From NCBI GenBank assembly GCA_037137755.1, contig JBAXJR010000056.1, forward strand, positions 1 through 13,059: DNA of 13,059 nucleotides, read 5' to 3'. The stretch's first letter is position 1. Each line of letters starts with the position of its first letter. The stretch comes from Methanomicrobiales archaeon (GTDB lineage: Archaea > Halobacteriota > Methanomicrobia > Methanomicrobiales > Methanospirillaceae). This document shows positions 1-8,472 of the stretch, piece by piece. The notes below the pieces were generated by a model. The model searched no databases and was not told the origin of the DNA. It worked only from the letters and a program-made list of their open reading frames with translations. The position numbers and the translations under genes were made by a program.

Positions 1-2937
1 ATTCTCTGCTGACTGCCGGGATCCCTGTGCAAGAGATTTTACCTCACTCGCAACCACTGCGAAACCCCTTCCTGCTTCGCCTGCACGTGCGGCCTCTATC
101 GCAGCGTTAAGGGCGAGGAGATTGGTCTGATTTGCGAGGTCTGAAATAATACCAACAATTTTTCCGATTTCGTCCATCTGCACTTTGATCTCGGCGATAA
201 GACCATCGACCTCCTTCGAAGTCTTTGTAATGCTCCCCATCCCTTTTTCTGCTCTCCCCGCATGTGAAATGCCTTCCTTGGCGAGATCGTTGGCCCTGTT
301 CGAGAGAACAGCAACGGCTTCGGCATTTGAAGATACATCAGACACGGTCTTTGTCAGGTCCTCCATCGTGCGGAGGACCTGGGTTATTCCCTCGTCGCTC
401 CGCTCCGCATTCAGTTTGGTATCCTCGGCATTTTTCGTGATCATTTCAGCACCCCTGCTTACATCACTAACACCGGAGGATGCCTGGTCAGCTTCTGATA
501 AGAGATCATTCATCTTGACATTGACTATTGCAAGTGATTGGGATACTTCCACTCCTATCCTGTTGAGTGATCCTTTCAGCTTGACGAGGTCGCCCTGGAT
601 ATTCAGCTCCGGGTTAATGCCACTGGAGAAATCGCCCGATGCATAACTATCCGCGACCCGGCTTATCTCCCTGATGGCCGCCTCGATTCTATGCCCGAGG
701 TTGTTAAGTGCATTTTTAAATTTTACAAAATCCCCTGCGACCACAAGACGCTCGTCGAACCGGGCCGAAAAGTTACAACCTGCCAGTTCATCAGATAACC
801 TCATGGCCTCATGGACCGGGCCAATGACCGCATCGAGCGTTTCATTTACTCCCTTCACTACCTTTGCAAAGTCCCCCTGGTGATGGGATGAATCGGCCCT
901 TGCATCAAGCCTGCCTTCGACCGCGGCCCCGGAGAGTGCATGCATGTCTTCAACAAGGAGATTAACCGCCACGATACACTGGTTAAGGTTATTCTTGATC
1001 TCGTTGAAGTCGCCGCGGTAATTATCGGTTATTCTCGGTGGAATATCGCCTTTGGAGATCCTGTCGACATATTCAGCGGCGACGTTGAGAGGCCCGATAA
1101 CCGCATCGAGCGTTCCGTTTACCCCTTTCACAACCTTTGCGAAGTCCCCCTGGTGTCGCGATGAATCAGCCCTTGCATCAAGCCTGCCTTCGACTGCGGC
1201 CCCGGAGAGCATATTTACGTCCTCGACCAGGAGATTGACAGCCACGATACACTGGTTGAGGTTGTTCTTGATCTCGTTGAAGTCTCCACGATAATTGTCA
1301 GTTATCCTCGGTGGGATATCCCCTTTGGAGATCCTGTCGACATATTCAGCGGCGACGTTGAGAGGCCCGATAACCGCATCGAGCGTTCCGTTTACCCCTT
1401 TCACGACCTTTGCAAAGTCCCCCTGGTGTCGTGATGAATCAGCCCTGGCATCGAGCCTGCCCTCGGTCGCAGCGTTCGTAAGCATGCCCGTATCTTCAAT
1501 GAGAAGGTTGACTGCCTCTATACACTGGTTAAGATTATTTTTGATCTCGTTGAAGTCCCCGTAGTAGGTCTCTTTAATTTTCGGTGGTATATCACCCTTG
1601 GAGATCCTGTCGACATATTCAGCGGCGACGTTGAGGGGGCCAATGACTGCATCGAGTGTCCGGTTGACACCATGTGCAATTTCAAAGAAATCACCGGTAT
1701 AATTGTCCTCCTTAGTTCTTGTCGAGAGGTTTCCTCTCTCAGCTTCTGCCGAAACTGCGAGAATGTCCGAAATAGCCCTCTTCTGGTCGGTTATATTGTT
1801 GTAGACCGTGAGGACGTTGACAAGATCGCCCTGTGCATCAACGAGTGGAATATTGTATCGTTCAACAACACGTTCGCCGGAAGGGAACTGGATCGCAGCC
1901 TCTCCCCTGCTTGCCAGGCCGGTCTTTATGGTATCGCCGACGCTCTGCCCGGATTGGGTGTTGTACTTGAAATCTGTGATAGTGAGGCGTTCTGCCTGCT
2001 CCTTTGAAAATCCGGTCAGGTCCAGGAATGCCTTGTTGGACGCGATTACTTTCAGATTTTTGTCCCACAAAAGAATTGGCATCGGGTTCTGCTGGACAAT
2101 TGCTTCCGACTGTTTTTTTAACCGCTCGACCTCAGCCATTTTATTCTCGATTTCAGTCACTTCATTGTAAATAATATAAATATCCTTTACCTGCCCCTTT
2201 TCGTCAAGGAACGGGATAATATTCCGGTTTACCACATGAGTGCCATTTGCTGCTATAAAGGCTGCATGGGCTTTTACTGGTTTTTTCAACTCGAGCGCAT
2301 CAGCAAGGCCCTGCCCCTGGTCATAGAGGTACTCCAGCATTTTTTTACCTTTAATGTCCCGGAAATCAATTCCCAGAAGTCTCTCACGTTTAAATGCAGT
2401 AATTGCACAAAACGCCTCGTTCATGTCCACAATTTTAAACCCGGGGTCAATAATCACCTGGGCGACGTGACTTGCCTCGAACATGGACCTGTAGAGGTGC
2501 GCTTCTTCCAGGCGTGTTGTAAGTTCCGTCACTTCATTATAGATGATATAGACATCCCTGAGGTCCCCCTGGTCATTGAAGAACGGGATAATATTCCGGT
2601 CTATAATATGGGTGCCGTTGGATGACACCCAGGCGGCGTGGGCAGTTCCGGATTTTTTTTGTTTAATAGCATCAGCAAGGCCAAATCCCTCATCAAATAG
2701 GTACTTCAGCAGTTGTTTACCCTTGAAATCACGAAAGTCCATTCCAAGAAGTTTCTCACGCGGATAATCAACAATAGTGCAGAAGGCATCATTCAGGTCG
2801 ATAATTTTAAATTCAGTATCAATGACTACCTGGGCGACATGACTTTTCTCGAACATCGATCGAAAAAGATTTATTTCCGAATTCAGTCGTTCATTCTCTT
2901 TCTGGCAATCTTCGATGGTTATTTCTTTAGTTGTCAT
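1..2937 (-). CDS. Soluble methyl-accepting chemotaxis protein (3 PAS + ~9 HAMP + MCP signalling domain), 3' end outside the window
   Basis: Manually translated open frame from ATG at 2937 ([18 protein letters not shown]...) to base 1 with no stop (979 codons). Contains the MCP hairpin-tip motif [34 protein letters not shown] at about 22-130, repeated HAMP units ([18 protein letters not shown]...[11 protein letters not shown]) and three PAS-like units. No transmembrane segment. Absent from the ORF track, probably because it has no stop in the window. Confidence 0.97.
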   Translation of the reverse strand, partial: MTTKEITIEDCQKENERLNSEINLFRSMFEKSHVAQVVIDTEFKIIDLNDAFCTIVDYPREKLLGMDFRDFKGKQLLKYLFDEGFGLADAIKQKKSGTAHAAWVSSNGTHIIDRNIIPFFNDQGDLRDVYIIYNEVTELTTRLEEAHLYRSMFEASHVAQVIIDPGFKIVDMNEAFCAITAFKRERLLGIDFRDIKGKKMLEYLYDQGQGLADALELKKPVKAHAAFIAANGTHVVNRNIIPFLDEKGQVKDIYIIYNEVTEIENKMAEVERLKKQSEAIVQQNPMPILLWDKNLKVIASNKAFLDLTGFSKEQAERLTITDFKYNTQSGQSVGDTIKTGLASRGEAAIQFPSGERVVERYNIPLVDAQGDLVNVLTVYNNITDQKRAISDILAVSAEAERGNLSTRTKEDNYTGDFFEIAHGVNRTLDAVIGPLNVAAEYVDRISKGDIPPKIKETYYGDFNEIKNNLNQCIEAVNLLIEDTGMLTNAATEGRLDARADSSRHQGDFAKVVKGVNGTLDAVIGPLNVAAEYVDRISKGDIPPRITDNYRGDFNEIKNNLNQCIVAVNLLVEDVNMLSGAAVEGRLDARADSSRHQGDFAKVVKGVNGTLDAVIGPLNVAAEYVDRISKGDIPPRITDNYRGDFNEIKNNLNQCIVAVNLLVEDMHALSGAAVEGRLDARADSSHHQGDFAKVVKGVNETLDAVIGPVHEAMRLSDELAGCNFSARFDERLVVAGDFVKFKNALNNLGHRIEAAIREISRVADSYASGDFSSGINPELNIQGDLVKLKGSLNRIGVEVSQSLAIVNVKMNDLLSEADQASSGVSDVSRGAEMITKNAEDTKLNAERSDEGITQVLRTMEDLTKTVSDVSSNAEAVAVLSNRANDLAKEGISHAGRAEKGMGSITKTSKEVDGLIAEIKVQMDEIGKIVGIISDLANQTNLLALNAAIEAARAGEAGRGFAVVASEVKSLAQGSRQSAEN
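820..1659 (-). repeat. Three tandem 273-bp (91-aa) di-HAMP repeats within the MCP
   Basis: GAGATCCTGTCGACATATTCAGCGGCGACGTTGAG recurs at 1055, 1328 and 1601 (period 273). 1049-1131 and 1322-1404 are identical over 83 bp. Confidence 0.95.
2155..2860 (-). repeat. Duplicated PAS domain pair (372-bp / 124-aa period) at the MCP N-terminus
   Basis: [15 protein letters not shown]...[12 protein letters not shown]...YIIYNEVTE versus [15 protein letters not shown]...[12 protein letters not shown]...[18 protein letters not shown] occurs at 2848 and 2476. Confidence 0.88.
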
Positions 2938-3019
2938 ATCAGGGACCCCGCCGATACTGCTGAATTTCTATAACGGCAAATTTTTTGTGACTTTAAATTG
3001 ACATTGGCATATTGTGGCA

Positions 3020-3038
3020 TAAATAAATTCCCTTTTCC
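3020..3038 (-). promoter_or_regulatory. Putative BRE/TATA promoter of the MCP gene
   Basis: Minus strand reads GGAAAAGGGAA-TTTATTTA (purine-rich BRE-like run, then a TATA-like box), about 83 bp upstream of ATG 2937. Confidence 0.4.
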
Positions 3039-3391
3039 AGCCATCACGGAAACTTTTTTTCATCATCTGATATTCGGAACAGCCCCGTTCAAAAAAAACT
3101 ATCGGAGGACAATGACGTGCGATTAATTCTCCCCGATATAATCCAGATCTTCAGTTTTGACTTCCCGTCAACAGAACGTGGTTGCACATCAGGTATTTTC
3201 ATATTTTTACCACTCTGACGGCCCGCCGATATGGCTGGGTTGGAATCGTTTAAAAACGGTGGGGTGAGAAAGGCTCCTGATACATTAAAAAAAGGGATCC
3301 ATGAATGACATTCCAGGCGGATATTCAATCCCGGGAGAGAATTTCTGCTATTTTCCCAGTTTGGCTGTCAAAAGGAGGATTATGTAAAGAC

Positions 3392-4135
3392 TCACTCATG
3401 GAGGTCGAATTTTGCCACTATGCCGATTGCATCAGGGAAATGGTAATCGAGGGTTATACCTGCAGTATTCTCCGGTACCTCGTAGAACAGGTACCCTGTC
3501 CGGTCGTGATTTCCTTTCGCAACATCGCTGATAATCGAGAGTCCGGGGATATATCGCTGGCCTCTGGAATCTTTTATTACTATGCCGTTGAAAAGGGATT
3601 CACCTGGCTGCTTTACCTCGCCGAGGTCACGGATGGTGACATTGAGCACCATCAGCTGGTAACCCGGCCGGTAGCTGCTGAACTCGCCGTGCTGGGTGTA
3701 TGGTTCGAGACTGAAGGACTTGTTATACCTGATGGAATTCAGCGTGATCCGGGTATTTCCGTCGTTCGCGCTCTCTCCGACATGAAACGTAGTAAATAGT
3801 GGCTTCTCCGATACAGGTGGGAGCGTGACCGGGGTATCCTCCCGGGGTTCGATCTGCAGCGATTTATTTGAGCTGCTGATGTTTACGAACATCCCAGGGA
3901 TTGGTTCAATTCTTACGTCGGGTAATGAGCTGAACGGGATTTTATTAGCGATGAAGAGTGTCGGTTTTGGCAGGGGATTTGTATCCGGGCTCAGGTTCAG
4001 CGTGTGGGCCGGGATTGCCACCTCCTGATGAATAGTTGTGCAACCCGCAACGATGATGCCTATAAGAACAAAACCACCAAATAATCCGTTCAATAGCAGC
4101 CGGCTCACCTTAATCCCTACCTTTTTCCACGCCAT
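3392..4135 (-). CDS. Putative lipoprotein with C-terminal Ig-like (DUF4352-like) domain
   Basis: Basic N-terminus, hydrophobic stretch and lipobox-like IIVAGC, then a Pro/Thr-rich linker. The C-terminal beta-rich domain (ITLNSIRY...GYQLMVLNVTIRDLG...DSRGQRY...TGYLFYEVP) resembles DUF4352. Start uncertain (ATG 4135 chosen). Confidence 0.75.
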   Translation of the reverse strand: MAWKKVGIKVSRLLLNGLFGGFVLIGIIVAGCTTIHQEVAIPAHTLNLSPDTNPLPKPTLFIANKIPFSSLPDVRIEPIPGMFVNISSSNKSLQIEPREDTPVTLPPVSEKPLFTTFHVGESANDGNTRITLNSIRYNKSFSLEPYTQHGEFSSYRPGYQLMVLNVTIRDLGEVKQPGESLFNGIVIKDSRGQRYIPGLSIISDVAKGNHDRTGYLFYEVPENTAGITLDYHFPDAIGIVAKFDLHE

Positions 4136-4318
4136 GATAATTGCACACAATTGCTGCCGTTGTATCCGGTCCCGTTTTCATATGTATCTGACATACTGCT
4201 GTGATACGGGAACTATCCTTTGTATGAGGTAATATCCACCGGCATTTCAACTTTTTTGTTCCGCAAGGGATAGGCGGGTGACGACTCCTTATCAGGGCCG
4301 TTGAATGCGTGGACTGCA

Positions 4319-4735
4319 TTAATAACTGTCATCGATAAACTGCATCGCGCTCCGGTAGGCATTCTGGCCATGGTAATTCGCTATTACCTGGCCTTCATCA
4401 TGAAGGGTGATTACCGGCTCGCCCTGCTCCACCTGGAATACGACCTCAACATAATCGATCTCCACAAGGATTACCCCATGGGAGAGTGACGAGGCAGGTA
4501 ACAAAAGCAGTCGTTCCTTCGCCAGCTCACCCGGGACTTCCCGGAAATGGTAATAAAAAACCTGGTAGGCATTCAGGAGGTCTGACGCGAGGAGGTCCTT
4601 CCGGACGTCCTCCTCAACTGAATCGAGTGCTGTTGCGAGCTGTTCCTCGTCATCATTACTCTGGATAAAAAGGGTGTCTGCAATTTTTGCAAGATCACGA
4701 TAGGATTTCCCCTGGGGGCCAGTAGTCATTCGCAT
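4319..4735 (-). CDS. Acidic hypothetical protein
   Basis: About 138-aa ORF with protein-like composition that fills the gap between neighbouring genes, divergent from the trm56 operon. No recognised motif. Start may be 4744 (GTG), 4735 or 4729. Confidence 0.75.
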   Translation of the reverse strand: MRMTTGPQGKSYRDLAKIADTLFIQSNDDEEQLATALDSVEEDVRKDLLASDLLNAYQVFYYHFREVPGELAKERLLLLPASSLSHGVILVEIDYVEVVFQVEQGEPVITLHDEGQVIANYHGQNAYRSAMQFIDDSY

Positions 4736-4774
4736 TGATATCACAGCCTGACGAGAAAAATGTCATGGTAGGAC

Positions 4775-4789
4775 CAGAAAAGCTATAAC
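4775..4789 (+). promoter_or_regulatory. Putative BRE/TATA promoter of the wHTH-trm56-tfe operon
   Basis: CAGAAAA-GCTATAAC about 19 bp before ATG 4808. The same CAGAAAA BRE-like element precedes the YIP1 gene. Confidence 0.4.
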
Positions 4790-4807
4790 CTGTAACGGGT
4801 GCAATAC

Positions 4808-5092
4808 ATGCCCGTGAAAGATGAGGACCTTGACTGGATAGTATACCATATCCTTTCAGACAAGGGTGCGAAAACAGATGAGTCAATCATCCGGGAAACA
4901 GGGTTACCTGCCGGCGATATCTGTGCATCGCTCTCACGGCTGAAGTCAAATTTCCTTATCGAATGCCGGGATGGCAACTACGATATTCTTTCAATCCCGG
5001 AGATGCTCTTCCGGTGCCAGTGCCGGTACGGGCAGGACAGTCCTGTGGTCATTGAGGACGGTGTGATAAAAGTGAAAAAAACGGGGCCCTGA
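4808..5092 (+). CDS. Small winged helix-turn-helix (MarR/ArsR-like fold) protein
   Basis: Pattern [44 protein letters not shown] fits a wHTH. Stop lies 1 bp before trm56. Alternative start is GTG 4799. Confidence 0.75.
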   Translation: MPVKDEDLDWIVYHILSDKGAKTDESIIRETGLPAGDICASLSRLKSNFLIECRDGNYDILSIPEMLFRCQCRYGQDSPVVIEDGVIKVKKTGP

Positions 5093-5093
5093 T

Positions 5094-5615
5094 ATGGAGG
5101 TAGTTGTCCTGAGGCTCGGCCACCGCCCGGAACGTGACCAGCGGGTGACGACTCACGTTGGATTACTTTCCCGTGCACTTGGTGCGAAGGGTATGTTCCT
5201 TGCCGGGCAGGATGCCGGAATTGTCCGCAGTATCACCCGCGTCGTTGAGCAGTGGGGCGGGGATTTTTTTATCGAAGACAAGGTTAAATGGCGCCGGTGT
5301 ATCGAAGAATGGCAGAAATCCGGCGGGAAGGTGGTCCACCTGACCATGTACGGCCTCCCTGTCCGTGAGCATGAGAAGGAGATCAGGGGCGCGGGGAAAC
5401 TCCTCGTTGTTGTCGGGGCAGAAAAGGTACCAGGAGAAGTCTACGGGCTTTCTGACTGGAATATTTCGGTCACCAGCCAGCCCCATTCCGAGATCGCAAG
5501 CCTTGCGGTGTTTTTAGACCGGCTATTTGAGGGTTCTGAACTATCCGCTGAGTACCCGGGTGCAAAGATCAGGATTGTTCCATGTGGGGAAGGGAAACAG
5601 ACAGAAAGTCTCTGA
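5094..5615 (+). CDS. trm56: tRNA (cytidine(56)-2'-O)-methyltransferase (aTrm56, SPOUT family)
   Basis: Signature motifs [33 protein letters not shown] and [16 protein letters not shown]. Confidence 0.96.
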   Translation: MEVVVLRLGHRPERDQRVTTHVGLLSRALGAKGMFLAGQDAGIVRSITRVVEQWGGDFFIEDKVKWRRCIEEWQKSGGKVVHLTMYGLPVREHEKEIRGAGKLLVVVGAEKVPGEVYGLSDWNISVTSQPHSEIASLAVFLDRLFEGSELSAEYPGAKIRIVPCGEGKQTESL

Positions 5616-6691
5616 ACCGGCGTGTACTCATTGCCGGGTTTACCACGCGACACGTGGCCTGTTCGGCATATAAGGCAGGTTACCAGGTATGCACGGTTGA
5701 TCACTTCTGTGACCGGGACCTGTCCTGCTATGTAGATGATTGCCTTTCTTTTGACGATCTTGAATCTTTACCCACAACGATAGAACACATGTCGGCACAA
5801 CACAGATGTGATATTTTTGTCCCCACCTCCGGTGCCGAGACACTGCCTGTTGCAATTCCAAGGTATGGCCCGGCCCCCGGGAGAGCTGCAATATTTCTCG
5901 ATAAAAGCCTGACATCCGTTTTTTTTCTGGAAACCTGTGTTCCTGCCCCTTCGACACTTCCGGAACAGACCTATCCTGCGATGGTGAAACCCAGAAGTGG
6001 ATCAGGGGGGTGGCGGAACGCGGTCCTCCAGAACAATGAAGAATGGTGCGAATGGAAAGAAGCCCTCTCTGACCCGCCGGCACTCTGGCAGGAAGTTGTA
6101 CAGGGGACCCCTGCATCAGTCTGCTGTGTGACCGATGGTACCCGCGCAAGGGCGGTTGCGGTTAACGAACAGCTGCTCAGGGGCGGGGAGGAAGCTGCCT
6201 TTGGTTTTTCAGGGTCAGTTACACCGTTTATCCATCCCCTCGCGGATGACATGGTACGGTATGCCGAAAAAATAGCATCGGCTTCCGGTTGTATTGGGAC
6301 AATTGGGGTTGACTTTGTCGTAGGGGAGAAACCCTACGCAATTGAAGTGAACCCACGGTTCCAGGGGACCGTCGATACGGTGGAAATGGCGACAGGAGTA
6401 AACCTTTTTTCACTCCATGTTGACGCCTGTGAAGGCCGGATCCCGGAAAAAATGCCAGAACCCCGGCAATTTGCAGCACGGAAAATTCTGTTTGCCCACG
6501 AGGACCTAATGGTGGGACCGGACCTCAGTATGTTCCCCTTTGTTGCAGACGTCCCGTGGCCAGGCTCAAAAATTGAAAAGGGCGGCGCAATAGTGAGTAT
6601 TTATGGGTGGGGCCGGTCGCGCAGAGACGCAATATTGATGCTGGATAAACATATTAGCACTGTGCAGCAATATATAGGAAGGACGTCCTGA
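5582..6691 (+). CDS. ATP-grasp domain carboligase (COG2232-like)
   Basis: ATP-grasp motifs [23 protein letters not shown] and [11 protein letters not shown]-terminus [25 protein letters not shown] is typical of the family. True start may be 5612. Confidence 0.9.
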   Translation: MWGRETDRKSLNRRVLIAGFTTRHVACSAYKAGYQVCTVDHFCDRDLSCYVDDCLSFDDLESLPTTIEHMSAQHRCDIFVPTSGAETLPVAIPRYGPAPGRAAIFLDKSLTSVFFLETCVPAPSTLPEQTYPAMVKPRSGSGGWRNAVLQNNEEWCEWKEALSDPPALWQEVVQGTPASVCCVTDGTRARAVAVNEQLLRGGEEAAFGFSGSVTPFIHPLADDMVRYAEKIASASGCIGTIGVDFVVGEKPYAIEVNPRFQGTVDTVEMATGVNLFSLHVDACEGRIPEKMPEPRQFAARKILFAHEDLMVGPDLSMFPFVADVPWPGSKIEKGGAIVSIYGWGRSRRDAILMLDKHISTVQQYIGRTS

Positions 6692-7203
6692 TGGAAGAAT
6701 TACTGAGTAACATTGCAATCCGTGCATACCTGCTACGCATTATTGGCGAGGAAGGGCTTGACCTGCTTTCAAAATATCCCGATAATAACGAATACAGTGA
6801 TGAAGACCTCGCAGCAAAGACGGGCATCAACCTAAACTCGGTACGCCACACCCTTTACACCCTCTACGAGAAGCGTCTTGCGGAGTACCGGAGGATTAAA
6901 AATAACGAGACCGGCTGGCTCACCTACCTCTGGCAGCTCAGGATGGACACCATTTACGATGCGATCCGCGAGGACCTTGAACGGGTACTCGACAAGCTCG
7001 AGGCACGCGCACGGTTTGAGGAAGAGAACGACTTCTATATCTGCAAGTCCTGTGGGATCATCTGTACCTTCAACCAGGCGATTGATGTCAATTTTATCTG
7101 CCCCGACTGTGACCAGCAGATGGCGCATTTTGATAATGACATGCTCCTCCGTGCCCTTAAAAAGCGTATCAATACCATGAAACAGACGCTCGGGTATGCA
7201 TAA
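6691..7203 (+). CDS. tfe: Transcription factor E (TFE / TFIIE alpha)
   Basis: wHTH SDEDLAAKTGINLNSVRHTLYTLYEKRLAEY, GWLTYLW motif and Zn ribbon CKSC...CPDC. TGATG overlap with the upstream gene. Confidence 0.96.
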   Translation: MEELLSNIAIRAYLLRIIGEEGLDLLSKYPDNNEYSDEDLAAKTGINLNSVRHTLYTLYEKRLAEYRRIKNNETGWLTYLWQLRMDTIYDAIREDLERVLDKLEARARFEEENDFYICKSCGIICTFNQAIDVNFICPDCDQQMAHFDNDMLLRALKKRINTMKQTLGYA

Positions 7204-7693
7204 GGACGCCATTTTTTTTGAAGGTATGCTCGCCCGGGAAGGGTGTAGTCCGAAAGTAATTGCCCATTGCCGGATGGTCAACGCTATCGCAATGGAATAT
7301 GTTCACGACGGCACTCCGGCGGACCCGGAGTTGGTACTTGCCGGATCGATGCTGCACGACATCGGTCGTTCACGGACACATTCCCTCGGGCATGCCCAGG
7401 CGGGTGCAGCGATCTGCAGGGTCCTTGACCAGCCTGAAGAAGTGGCACGTATTGTTGAATGCCATACAGGTGCAGGACTGACTGCAGATGAATGTACACT
7501 GCTCGGACTTCTTCCCATAGACTGTATGCCAAAAACCCTCGAGGAGAAGATCGTCACCAATGCCGATAACCTTGCAGGTGGGAAACGCAGGATATCGATT
7601 GAGCAGGACCTGATGGACGCATTCGCACTGCCCCGTAAGACACGCAAACGGATCTACCTGCTCTGGCTTGAGATGGAACAGTTCAGGGCATAA
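7196..7693 (+). CDS. HD-domain (HDIG) metal-dependent phosphohydrolase, TIGR00295-like
   Basis: Motifs IAHC, LHDIGRSRTH, ECHTGAG and EEKIVTNADNL. 8-bp overlap with tfe; the family is commonly adjacent to tfe in euryarchaea. Confidence 0.9.
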   Translation: MHKDAIFFEGMLAREGCSPKVIAHCRMVNAIAMEYVHDGTPADPELVLAGSMLHDIGRSRTHSLGHAQAGAAICRVLDQPEEVARIVECHTGAGLTADECTLLGLLPIDCMPKTLEEKIVTNADNLAGGKRRISIEQDLMDAFALPRKTRKRIYLLWLEMEQFRA

Positions 7694-7778
7694 TGCAGGG
7701 TTTATTGCCCTGGACTCTTTTAACAGACACGTGAGGATCGGATAGATGCAATGGTTTAGTGCACGGGAATTTGCAAAG

Positions 7779-7790
7779 ATTTTTTTTTTT
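7779..7790 (+). terminator. Oligo-T terminator after the tfe operon
   Basis: Run of about 11 T downstream of the HD gene, typical of archaeal intrinsic terminators. Confidence 0.45.
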
Positions 7791-7915
7791 CTGGAATAAG
7801 GTCACCTGTGATCCCGGGACTTTGCGGTTTTTTAATCCGACTATCTCGAAATTACCGTTCCTGTGTGCCACATTTAAATGGGAATAAATAAATCAGTGTA
7901 ACCATACGGAATACT

Positions 7916-8386
7916 ATGGAATATAGAAAAGTACTGTACTTCCTCATGCTGTGTATTATCATTCTCACAGTACTGGTACTATACCTTTTCTTCCCTCTGA
8001 TATCGCTTTCGGTACCTCATAAGACTTCACGACCAGCTCCTGGTATAACGGTCATTAACCAGAGCGGCGAAATAAATAAACACAGCGGGACCTATATCGT
8101 GACCGGTACAGCCCAGAATACCGGGACAACAGCAATTGTCAAGATATACCTGGTCGCGACAACCTACGATGCGAACGGGACGTTGCTCGGATCGACCTAC
8201 GACACCCTCCTGAATATGAACCCCGGGGAACGTGCCAGTTTCAGGATAGAAACCTGGCCTTATTACAAGGGCTACCTGGTTTCACAATACTCGTTAGTAC
8301 CGGACTATAACTACGTACCCACGATGCCGGGTAAGGGAGATTATTATATCCCCACACCCGAGGGCAGCCCAAAACCCACGATCTGA
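7916..8386 (+). CDS. Membrane-anchored FxLYD-domain protein
   Basis: N-terminal TM helix followed by VTGTAQNTG...ATTYDANGTLLG...MNPGERASFRI, the FxLYD Ig-like pattern. TTTAAATG/AATAAATA TATA-like elements at 7873-7890. Confidence 0.82.
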   Translation: MEYRKVLYFLMLCIIILTVLVLYLFFPLISLSVPHKTSRPAPGITVINQSGEINKHSGTYIVTGTAQNTGTTAIVKIYLVATTYDANGTLLGSTYDTLLNMNPGERASFRIETWPYYKGYLVSQYSLVPDYNYVPTMPGKGDYYIPTPEGSPKPTI

Positions 8387-8472
8387 AATGTGGCACGAGA
8401 CAAAGCCAATTCAATGGATGGCCTTGAAAAGAAATCGGAAGGCCCAGGGCCCCCCATACGGTCCCTGACCCG

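Noticed and set aside
820-1659. Near-identical repeats as a DGR template/variable pair or a CRISPR array
   Set aside because: They are in-frame coding repeats with mostly third-position differences, no adenine-specific bias, no unique spacers, and no RT or cas gene.
96-2973. Many short ORFs in the track, some mutually similar (e.g. 1052-1294 and 1295-1564)
   Set aside because: They are antisense or out-of-frame shadows of the MCP gene; their similarity only mirrors the HAMP repeats.
3305-3799. 164-aa plus-strand ORF
   Set aside because: Antisense to the lipoprotein gene, which has the recognisable signal peptide and domain pattern.
8391-8406. TGGCAC as a sigma-54 -24 element
   Set aside because: No TTGC -12 element at the correct spacing, and the gene content is archaeal.
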